The position numbers and the translations under genes are program-made. A stretch of 64,000 nucleotides of DNA from positions 1-64,000 of IMG/VR virus record IMGVR_UViG_3300028832_000122; one strand, 5' to 3'. The DNA is from a virus. Taxonomy: Duplodnaviria; Caudoviricetes. Position 1 is the stretch's first letter. Each line of letters opens with the position of its first letter. A model generated the notes under the pieces. It worked only from the letters and a program-made list of their open reading frames with translations. It made no database searches and had not been told where the DNA came from. Positions 55,944 through 64,000 of the stretch are shown here, one piece after another.

Positions 55944-57615
55944 GTCCAGTCAATCTCCTTCCCGCACTTGTGGCAGAACCGTGCTTTAATCTTCAGCGGG
56001 ATTCTTTTTCCGCATGCCCCGCAGTACGCTTTTCCCTGCCGCCATGTCGGTTTCGCTGACGTCACTGGAAGATTCCCAAAGTTTTCTTTCGGGCAGTCGC
56101 CTGGAATCTCCATGAAATATGAATGCGGTATTGTCCTGTCACGGATGTTTTGCTGGTTTCTCATGCAGCTGGTATAAGTGCATCTGTCATCAGGGCAGAA
56201 TGATATATCATCGCACCATAACCCGATAAAATTACTTGAACTCATATGTCCTCCGTTTTTATAGCCGCCTTTTAATCAGAATCTTCACGTTTTCCGTTAG
56301 CGCAAAACCAATCTTTTGAGTGCCAATTATTTCTTCCGTCACCAATACCAATCCCACAAGAACCTGCGTTTTGACTTGCACTATTCCAAATAAAGTTCTC
56401 GCAATCCTTGCACCGGATTAGTTCTGGAGCATTGTGAGCATCAAACGAATCAATCGTTTCTTGTGCTATGGCTTGAACGATGTATTCTTTCATTCATTTC
56501 ACCGACCTTCCTGCCTTTAAGTGCGTAAATTGCATTGCATATTTTCCGGATGGTATTCCATCACACATGATGGATAATAATCACCGACATCTTCTGTGCC
56601 TATTTTCAAAATGACGTTTGCCGTAAACGGGTTTTTAATAATCAGAATGTCAGAGTCATCGCCCATGAAAGAACCTTTATCAGTGTGATCGCAAAATACT
56701 CTTTCAGGTTCAAATGTGTTTTTGCACGGCGTTTCAGATATTCGTAAGTCCTTCATGTAGCTTCTATATCCATCGTCTGGATCTTCTTCTGCAATATATG
56801 TCACTCCATCAAGACAGAAAAGTATATTTGTTTCCCCATCTTTCCCTTTTAAATAATCAATCCCGGAAAACATATGCTCACCTTTCAAACTTTTGAGTTC
56901 CATTACCTTTCCTCCGTTCTCGCTTATTGCATCATTTTTGCCTTTAAGTGCCTTGATCCTTTTCGTTTTTTGATGCGATTGCCCTTGCAATATTGCAAAC
57001 CATGTTGTCGAGTATCACGCCAATCGCAATAACAATAATCAGTATTTGCCACCATTCCACATAATCACCGCCTTTAAGTCAGTTTCCATCATTTTCAACA
57101 ATCTCATACGCCATTTTCAAACCGTTCCATTCTCCTGTCTTTTTTGCGAGTCCTTCTTCTGTTTCATATCCGGTAGGAGATACCGCAAGTTGATTGTCTG
57201 CAATATTCCGAAGTATTCGTTCTTTTGTTTTCTGTTGTTCTTTCAGCAGAGCAAGTACCGCTTTATGCATCTCAAGGACATAATCATCGCTTGAACAAAA
57301 GCATTCGTATTTGTCAACAAATTCTTCGTACTCTTTGATAACCTTCTCCTTGTCAGTCATCATCCGTCGCCACTTTCCCATCATGTCAGGACTTTCATCC
57401 CATCCTTTTTCAAGTTCAAGCTGTTCGATGCGTTCCTGTTTCTCTTTCAGCAGGGAAACCGCTGAACGGCAAAGCCACGCATAAAATCGTATTTCATCAT
57501 TCGTGATTGATCTTCGTTGAGGTATTTCCCAACCACAATATTTTAGTTCGGCAAGTGCATTGCATTGCTTAAAACGTTTATTGTCATGCAATGCCTGTTC
57601 TTCTGTTAATCTCAT
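55940..57615 (-). other. Hypothetical genes 55940..56245 (zinc ribbon), 56272..56493, 56517..56990, 57079..57615
   Basis: Coupled minus-strand ORFs in an AT-richer stretch. Confidence 0.55.
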
Positions 57616-57916
57616 TCCCGTTTCACCCCAAATGATTTAAAGCTTCATTTACACTCATGCAGCCACATGCTGCCCTAACTTTGTAAGCTTCATTTGTTAC
57701 TGTTCCTTTTCCCCGTCAGCACAGTACCAATCCGGATCCCTGCTATAATGATCGTTCTTGTTTCCGCACAGGATATAAGATTTTTGATTCATTGCGTCAA
57801 TGATTGTCGTCCCGTGCTTGCAGTTTGCACACCGAACAAGTTCACCATGGTTATCGTTCCACTCATAATCTCCGTTACCAATCTTGATATATGATTCAAT
57901 AAACTCTACCTTCTTT

Positions 57917-58489
57917 TTATCCATCCTTCTTCTCCTCATACTTCATACAGTACATCATGCAGTCTTCCGCAAACTGCCGTGCTTCCGGCAGTAATACAAC
58001 AGCTTCACAGAAGTCTTTATCCCAGTCGCCGTACGTTCTCGGTCGCTTCTCGTCACGTATATTCTCGAGCCTTTCCACAATCATGTCAGCCGTCAGTGCG
58101 AGATCGAACTGCATGCGCTCTTTCCACGCCTGGAACTCAATAGCGTTCTTTCGCCTTTGAAGGGCGATTTCCGCCTGTCTTTGTTTCGCCTTGTCAATCT
58201 TCCCGTCCAACGCCAGGCCCATGTGGAAGGTGTCGTTAAACCACGATATGGAGTCTTTAAACGACATATTGTAGTATCGCTGGACAAAAGAAAGAACGTC
58301 CCCGCCGGACTTGCACACGTGGCAGTAGTATCCACGGTTGCCTTTGTACAGTACGCAGTTAAAATCGTTTCCGTTGTGGATCGGGCACTTGCATCTGCCT
58401 CGCCGTATCTCCAGCCCGATGGCATTGCCAACGTCCTGGGCGGATATGGTGTCCTTAATGGTTTGAGCTGCTATTGTAAGGTTGTTCAT
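57917..58489 (-). CDS. CHC2 zinc-finger primase N-terminal domain protein
   Basis: CKCPIH...YYCHVCKSGGDVLSFVQRYYNMSFKDSI. Confidence 0.85.
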   Translation of the reverse strand: MNNLTIAAQTIKDTISAQDVGNAIGLEIRRGRCKCPIHNGNDFNCVLYKGNRGYYCHVCKSGGDVLSFVQRYYNMSFKDSISWFNDTFHMGLALDGKIDKAKQRQAEIALQRRKNAIEFQAWKERMQFDLALTADMIVERLENIRDEKRPRTYGDWDKDFCEAVVLLPEARQFAEDCMMYCMKYEEKKDG

Positions 58490-58500
58490 AATATCCGCCT

Positions 58501-59966
58501 TTAAGTGCCTTTCCGTTCTCCGAAGTTACAAAACCAATCACCCAACTTGTTATACTCTGGATACATTTCACACTCCCCAAGGTTTGGACAACCATCATAC
58601 TGTTTCCATGCTTTGCAGTGCTTACATTGAACAACTTCTTTTAATGGACACCATTCCGGTCTGCTTTGGTTGAAGTCTTTCACATCATTTTCACCCCATC
58701 CTCTGCCATCGCAAGGAATTGCACACATCAGATATTCATTACAGGCAGGACAATCAATGCAGTTCTTTGGCATCTGCATATCAATCTGTATCATTTAATC
58801 ACCACCTTTAAATGTGAGCATATCCGACCCAGCCGCACTCACATTCATACTGATATTGTGCAGGATGTGAAGTCAGAACAATGTCGTTTCGTCTCCAAAT
58901 CTTCTTGCCACACTTTGGGCATTCAACATCAACTTGCGTTTTGTGTTGCCATTCTTCTGGTTTTATAGGCATTTGTTTTTCGTACTGTTCCCATCTCATT
59001 CACTTCACCGACCTTCCTTGCGTTCTCCGTCAGCGCAAAACCAATCGTCATTGGTAAAAATGGAATTGAACGGGCAATGTCCATTTGATTGTTCCCAATG
59101 CTTACAATCCTTGCACCGGACTATCTGCGGTCTGCTTTCAACAAATGCCTTTACATCTTCGACCAGTCCTATAGGAGTCATGTACTGTCCAATGTCTTCA
59201 ATATGCTGAAGAAGGTTTCTGACGGTTTCATTCAGATTGTCTATTGTTTCTTTCTGCTCTTTCAGCAGTTCAAGGGCATCACGAACAAGAAGTGCACAAT
59301 TTGGCATTATTTCATCAAGAACCATTGCCAATCGTTCAAGGCGTTCGTTCAATAATTCCGGTTCTGTTATCATAATTCACCCCTGATTTATATCGTCATT
59401 GTTGCACTTTAATCAGTTCGCTTTATCATTCCATTAATAGTATTTTTGATTTCGTCCATGTTTTTTATTGCTATATCTTCGGCGGTTGTAAATCCATAAT
59501 TATACGCAGCACGCATCTGAAAGCATTCTCTTAAATCTACTTCTGTGCATTTCCTTACAGCACACATACAAACCTCATCTTCTTCGCATCTTATCGGACA
59601 ATTTGACACCCTTGGTAGTTCAGCCATACTCTCACCTCACTTAAAGCTTCAATTCCATATGTCCGTCGATTCGACGACGTTAACTACAGCATATACGTCC
59701 TGCGGGTAATCGCTTTCCCCGGTGGACCGTGGCACCGTGTAATACGTAATCAGATTTTCTTCAAGCATCTTGTTGATAAGCTTTGCAGCCAGTTCGTTTT
59801 TCAGCCATGACTCAGGCGGTTGCCTGTGCGGATCACTGATGCAGTACCCGGCTTTTATCTTTTTTATATGTGCATTGTTTACATGTACAACAGGCCTGCT
59901 GTATTTTAATACTTCTTCCTTTGTGTGTCCGCCCAATAAATGAATGAGCCTGTCTTTTATCTTCAT
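58501..59966 (-). other. Small hypothetical genes (58501..58794, 58808..58999, 59005..59373, 59409..59627, 59649..59966)
   Basis: Coupled Cys-rich ORFs. Confidence 0.55.
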
Positions 59967-60463
59967 TTTGCGACACCTTTCACTTTGCCTTCGATCATCC
60001 TGTATACTGCAAGTCCTGCGATCATTGTTGTGGCGTCTGCAGCAAACGCCACAGTGTTTTTCGGTATTTTGACCACGAGAGGGATACTGTACAGATAGCA
60101 TTCGATTGACGTCTTAACAAGAATCATTCCAATGCCAACAGCAAACATGATAGCAGTGCATTTCGCAATCGTGTGGACATTCTTATGCAACGTTCCTGCG
60201 GCAATCAGACCAATGGCAAGGTTCGCAAGCACCCAGCTGATCGAGAATCCGTACGCGGAGAACAAAATGCTCTCCAACGCGCACCCGATCACACCAACGA
60301 CCGTACCGTATATACCGTACATACACAGGGCAACCGTAAACACGATGTACCCAAGATCTACCATGATATTGCTGAACAAAGTAAACTTCAGGAATGCGCT
60401 GAGTACGACGTACAACGCTGTAAGCATGCCGAGGATCGCAATCATCCGTGTTTTACTTTTCAT
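59963..60463 (-). CDS. ECF transporter S component-like membrane protein
   Basis: 166 aa, about six TM helices, AILGMLTALYVVLS AxxxA-type helix 1. Confidence 0.75.
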   Translation of the reverse strand: MKSKTRMIAILGMLTALYVVLSAFLKFTLFSNIMVDLGYIVFTVALCMYGIYGTVVGVIGCALESILFSAYGFSISWVLANLAIGLIAAGTLHKNVHTIAKCTAIMFAVGIGMILVKTSIECYLYSIPLVVKIPKNTVAFAADATTMIAGLAVYRMIEGKVKGVAK

Positions 60464-61851
60464 TTTTCAATCTCCGCCCCCATCTTCCGGTAACTCGTAC
60501 ACCGCTTCTTATATGCTCCCATACAGAACCCGATTGCGTCGTCAACAAAGTCATATACAATGGGTGTTTCCTTCCCTGGGTTCGTCCTGCGTACACGTCC
60601 GACGGCCTGTGTGATGATTGCACTGTACTTGCACGGAGACGCAAGGAACAACCGGTCAAGGCACGGGACGTCAAGCCCTTCCTTTGCAAGCGAGTACGAT
60701 GCAAACAGATACTTCTTCTTTCCTGTCCGCATGTCTTCCAGGGCCTGTGCCCTGGCCAGCTTTGCTTTCTTGCTCTGCATCTTACCGTTGATGAATACGC
60801 TGTCGGCAATCATCTCGTCCGGCAGCATGTTCATAATCTCTTCCAGCTGTGCAAGCCGGTCCGACAGGATCAGGCAGCTATGCCCGCTTTCGCTTTCAAT
60901 GGCGTTCACAATCATCTTGTTCCGATACCAGTCTGTCGTAAGGCTTTCGATCAGCTTTACATAGTTAATCGTGCCGTCGTCGTTCAGGCAATCGTCGTCA
61001 ATATCGCAGTCCGTGTACACGGTCCGCACCTTCACGTCCATCACCCTGTCAGCAACGTCACTGTCCGGCACTGTGTACGCAATCTTCCCTATTAAGGCGA
61101 ACGTTGCGCGTATTAATCCATCCGAACGTTCGGGGGTTGCGGTTAATCCGTACTTGTGCCGTGCGGCCAGGTGGTTCAGCACCTTCTCATATCGGGTGAA
61201 TGTCGTTGCGGAACTGCTGACCCTGTGGCACTCGTCCACAATCACAACGTCCCAGTAATCACGGTAGTATGTCAGATCCAGGTTAGCCATCGTCTGCACT
61301 GTTGCAAACGTAACGCCGACGCCGACGTTCACCTTACCTTCCGTGATTGTCCCTATCAGTTCCGGGTCGATAAACTGCAGTGCACGGTCCATGCTCTGCT
61401 TCAGAAGATCCTGCGTATGGCATAGCCACAGTGCACGCCTCCGCAGTCCTTTGATTATGGCAATCCCCATCTGCGTCTTTCCGCTTCCTGTCGTTGCCTT
61501 GAGGATGCCGTACTTGGCGGAGATCATAGCAGAAACGGCTGCCATCTGATAGTCGTACAGGTTCATGCTCTTGCTTCCGTAGTTGATGATGCTGTCCTGT
61601 CGGAAGTCGCAGTCAATACGTGTACCACGGAGCATGGGCATGATCTCTCTGCATATACCGAATGGAAGGATTAATGTCCCGCCGTTCCACTCGTACATCT
61701 GAAGTTCACGTGGCGTCCTGCCTGTCCAGAATCCCATCCGCTGCTTCTTCTCAAACTCTGGGTTCGGGAACTTCAGATTCTCTTTCGCCCACCTGGAGAT
61801 TTCAATCGATGGATCCTCAATGTATATCCTGTTTGCTATCTTTGTATTCAT
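60460..61851 (-). CDS. Superfamily 2 (DEAD/DEAH-like) helicase
   Basis: ATTGSGKT, VIVDECH, GLTATPERSDG, AKEGLDVP, QAVGRVRR. Confidence 0.92.
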   Translation of the reverse strand: MNTKIANRIYIEDPSIEISRWAKENLKFPNPEFEKKQRMGFWTGRTPRELQMYEWNGGTLILPFGICREIMPMLRGTRIDCDFRQDSIINYGSKSMNLYDYQMAAVSAMISAKYGILKATTGSGKTQMGIAIIKGLRRRALWLCHTQDLLKQSMDRALQFIDPELIGTITEGKVNVGVGVTFATVQTMANLDLTYYRDYWDVVIVDECHRVSSSATTFTRYEKVLNHLAARHKYGLTATPERSDGLIRATFALIGKIAYTVPDSDVADRVMDVKVRTVYTDCDIDDDCLNDDGTINYVKLIESLTTDWYRNKMIVNAIESESGHSCLILSDRLAQLEEIMNMLPDEMIADSVFINGKMQSKKAKLARAQALEDMRTGKKKYLFASYSLAKEGLDVPCLDRLFLASPCKYSAIITQAVGRVRRTNPGKETPIVYDFVDDAIGFCMGAYKKRCTSYRKMGAEIEK

Positions 61852-62279
61852 GTGTCCTCCGCCCATGTGTTGCTGGAGTCAAGCCATGCTTCCAGCGACC
61901 ATGTTCCCGTCCGGATATCATCCTCTGTCAGTTTCTTTTTGCCCCTGTTCCTCAGCGTTTCACACCGCTCAAGGGAGATCATCCATATTGATTCATCCGG
62001 AAGTTTCAGTGCAAAGTAACTCAGTTCACCGCACTTGCGGAAGAATGTCTTCATTGCCGACCGCTGGTTGTCTTCAATCCGGTCAAAAGAGAAAAAGCCA
62101 TTGTCGCACACCTTGCAATCAATCAGCGTATGATATCTGCCCTTCACGGCGATGATATCCGCAGGCTGACCGGACTTGTTCTGCTGCATCACATGCACCC
62201 AGAACCCGTGCTCCGCAAGGATATGGCTCAGATCCTGCTCGAACCTTCCGCCGACGGATCTGTTGTCTGTCTTCTGCAT
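61848..62279 (-). CDS. PD-(D/E)XK nuclease, Holliday junction resolvase-like
   Basis: GGRFE...PADIIA...LIDCK motif. Confidence 0.72.
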   Translation of the reverse strand: MQKTDNRSVGGRFEQDLSHILAEHGFWVHVMQQNKSGQPADIIAVKGRYHTLIDCKVCDNGFFSFDRIEDNQRSAMKTFFRKCGELSYFALKLPDESIWMISLERCETLRNRGKKKLTEDDIRTGTWSLEAWLDSSNTWAEDT

Positions 62280-62302
62280 TCAGCTTCTCCTTTCGTAATC
62301 GT

Positions 62303-62339
62303 CTCCGGATGGCGTCTCACTGTCCGCCTTAATCCGGAG
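62303..62339 (-). other. Strong hairpin immediately 3' of the tRNA-like RNA
   Basis: CTCCGGAT/ATCCGGAG plus GGCG/CGCC stems. Confidence 0.7.
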
Positions 62340-62344
62340 GAAAC

Positions 62345-62493
62345 TGGTGATGCGGGTGAGGACTCGAACCTCACACGAGCCGGTACCTGCTCAGGTTAGT
62401 GGGATTTGAACCGCTGTGCCGAATCCTACCATCAGTCTTTAACTAATCGGCTTTCCAAACATTTCCCCGCGTCTGCCGTTCCGCCACCGCATC
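62345..62493 (-). ncRNA. 149-nt tRNA-like RNA (Leu/Ser class II scaffold) with anticodon arm replaced by ~74-nt insert
   Basis: GATGCGG/CCGCATC acceptor, A73, encoded CCA, TGGCGGAACGGCAGACGC D-arm, GTGAGG-TTCGAGT-CCTCAC T-arm, GAGC/GCTC variable stem. Confidence 0.75.
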
Positions 62494-62503
62494 GTGCTAC
62501 CGT

Positions 62504-62917
62504 TTAGAATGGAAGGCTTTCGGAATCGATGTCCACAACCGTTCCGCCACTCGGATCAGCAGCCGGAGCATGAGCATTCTGCTGCTCGTTTCCGTTTCCG
62601 GACGACAGGAACTCCACGTCGTTTGCGTACACTTCCAGGCTCGCTTTCGGCGTCCCGTCCTGTCCGCTGAACGCGTGAACGGATACGCTTCCGGTCACGC
62701 CAACCTTCCGTCCCTTGGTGAGAAACTTCTGGCATACTTCTCCGGTCTTTCCCCAGGCTGACACCCGGAAGAAGTCGGCTACGGTGTTCCCGTCCTTGTC
62801 CCTCTGCCTGCGGTTGACGGCAACCGTGAAATTGCACACGGTCTTGTTGTCATTGGTCGTGCGGGATTCAGGATCACGCACGAGGTTTCCGATAATGGTG
62901 AGTGAGTTCATATACAT
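62504..62917 (-). CDS. ssb: Single-stranded DNA-binding protein
   Basis: MNSLTIIGNLVRDPE...FTVAVNRR...acidic tail ending ESLPF. Confidence 0.95.
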   Translation of the reverse strand: MYMNSLTIIGNLVRDPESRTTNDNKTVCNFTVAVNRRQRDKDGNTVADFFRVSAWGKTGEVCQKFLTKGRKVGVTGSVSVHAFSGQDGTPKASLEVYANDVEFLSSGNGNEQQNAHAPAADPSGGTVVDIDSESLPF

Positions 62918-62923
62918 TCCTCC

Positions 62924-63493
62924 TTATTCTGCATCTGCCATCAGCTGGGCAGCCAGGTCGTCCTGTGATTCCTCGGCGGGCGCTTCAGCCTTTGCCTTTG
63001 CGTCCAGGTCTGCCTGTGCTTTCTTACCGCACTCGATGCACAGGCACTTGCCGTAGCGTTCCTTGTTCTTGTTGGCGACGAACTCCGGTCCGTACTGCCC
63101 CATGCCCTTGATAATCTTTCCGCAGGACTCGCACTTGATATCAGGCACCTTTGTATCGGTCACCTTGTTCTTCACACGCACAGCGTCGGTTATATCGCCA
63201 AACGCTTTTACCTGCTTGACACACATGGTGATCTTCTTTCCGGCCCAGTTCTCAATGTACGGCGTGTTGTACAGCTTGCTGATCGTCTTGCAGTTCGTCT
63301 TGTTCAGGATCAGCGGCTTCAGGTTCTTCTCCTTGAAGTGGCAGACGATGCAATCCTCGCTCTTTCCGTCTGCGTTCATCACACTCTCGGACACGACGTG
63401 GTCAATCGTGCCGGTCTTTTCCTCACCCTGCTCAAAGGCGTACGCGCCAAGGTAGTTGGGGTTTGTGAGTTTCTTCCAATGTGTCATGTTCAT
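62924..63493 (-). CDS. Putative recombination/ssDNA-binding protein with C-terminal zinc finger
   Basis: Between RecE-like gene and ssb; LILNKTN motif; CESC...CIEC. Confidence 0.5.
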   Translation of the reverse strand: MNMTHWKKLTNPNYLGAYAFEQGEEKTGTIDHVVSESVMNADGKSEDCIVCHFKEKNLKPLILNKTNCKTISKLYNTPYIENWAGKKITMCVKQVKAFGDITDAVRVKNKVTDTKVPDIKCESCGKIIKGMGQYGPEFVANKNKERYGKCLCIECGKKAQADLDAKAKAEAPAEESQDDLAAQLMADAE

Positions 63494-63999
63494 TCCTCCT
63501 CTTCATCCATATCTACCCATGCTGGGAGTTCTGTCCAGTTATAGCCACCGTTAATTGGAAGATATCCTGGATATTCATCGAGTTCCTTGCAGGTATGCAG
63601 GCGACCGAGCAGGGTATGGAACTGCTTCACGCCGTACTCCATAACCTCGGGACTCACCTGCACGATGTTGATGCTGTACGGGGCCTTCTTCTCCTGCACC
63701 ACGAAGATGAACCCTGGGCGGTACGGGAGATGGTATCCGATCATCACGGCTTCCGTGTACATCGCAGCCTGCAGGCTGTACCCGAACTTCATGATTGAGC
63801 GGTTGAACGCTTCCGTTTCAGCACACTGAGCGGTCTTGTAATCCACCACATATAACCTTCCGTCGAGTCCTTTAATCAGCCTGTCAAGCTTTACCTTGCA
63901 CTTCTCTCCGGTCTCACCGTCCGTCCAGAAGAACGGTGCTTCCGTCGCACCTTCGCCCCTGATCAGGTCGTTTGCGAGCGAGCACTTCTCGAGTGCTTC
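63490..63999 (-). CDS. RecE/exonuclease VIII-like PD-(D/E)XK nuclease, 5'-partial
   Basis: Frame stays open to window end: ...TGEKCKVKLDRL...VVDYKT...GYSLQAAMY. Confidence 0.82.
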   Translation of the reverse strand, partial: EALEKCSLANDLIRGEGATEAPFFWTDGETGEKCKVKLDRLIKGLDGRLYVVDYKTAQCAETEAFNRSIMKFGYSLQAAMYTEAVMIGYHLPYRPGFIFVVQEKKAPYSINIVQVSPEVMEYGVKQFHTLLGRLHTCKELDEYPGYLPINGGYNWTELPAWVDMDEEEE

Positions 64000-64000
64000 C

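Larger units (their letters stand above)
1..64000. mobile_element. Siphovirus-like phage genome segment (Firmicutes/Clostridia host), truncated at both window ends
   Basis: Colinear terminase, portal, capsid, tail, tape-measure and lysis modules plus phage replication genes; no host housekeeping operons seen. Confidence 0.96.

Noticed and set aside
62281-62344. Theta/HDV-like ribozyme 3' of the tRNA-like RNA
   Set aside because: Only a simple bulged hairpin could be folded; the nested double pseudoknot was not evident by eye
62345-62493. tmRNA, tRNA-Sec or ordinary tRNA
   Set aside because: No G3-U70 alanine identity or tag ORF; intact D-arm; no UCA anticodon or 8-bp acceptor; no canonical 7-nt anticodon loop on a 5-bp stem
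1-64000. Stop-codon reassignment
   Set aside because: Long genes (TMP, terL, portal, helicases) are intact in the standard code; only the MTase is split, and there the pieces change frame

Overview
The whole window is a segment of a temperate-type or lytic siphovirus-like genome from a Firmicutes (probably Clostridia) host, judged from gene content and GGAGG-type ribosome binding sites. It is cut at both ends. Most genes are on the minus strand. Reading right to left they are: recombination/replication genes (RecE-like nuclease, SSB, Holliday-junction nuclease, SF2 helicase, CHC2 primase zinc finger, beta-clamp, split C5 DNA methyltransferase, DUF927 helicase, iteron-rich origin), then a late operon (glycosyltransferases, terS), terL, portal, head, tail, tape measure, tail fibre/LRR genes, lysis genes and post-lysis spike genes. 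A plus-strand block of small, mostly acidic genes (about 32.9-40.6 kb) sits between terS and terL. It is bracketed by an apparently catalytically dead serine recombinase and an intact resolvase. The most unusual observations are: (i) a 149-nt tRNA-shaped RNA whose anticodon arm is replaced by a roughly 74-nt extended hairpin; (ii) five glycosyl/phospho-transferase genes woven into the late and structural operons, suggesting virion glycosylation, possibly with a teichoic-acid-like polymer; (iii) a four-polypeptide cytosine methyltransferase locus with an overprinted gene; and (iv) a family of promoters with a shared inverted operator next to the dead recombinase. No integrase, repressor, DNA polymerase, reverse transcriptase or CRISPR array was recognised. 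All protein family calls are by motif recognition, not database search.
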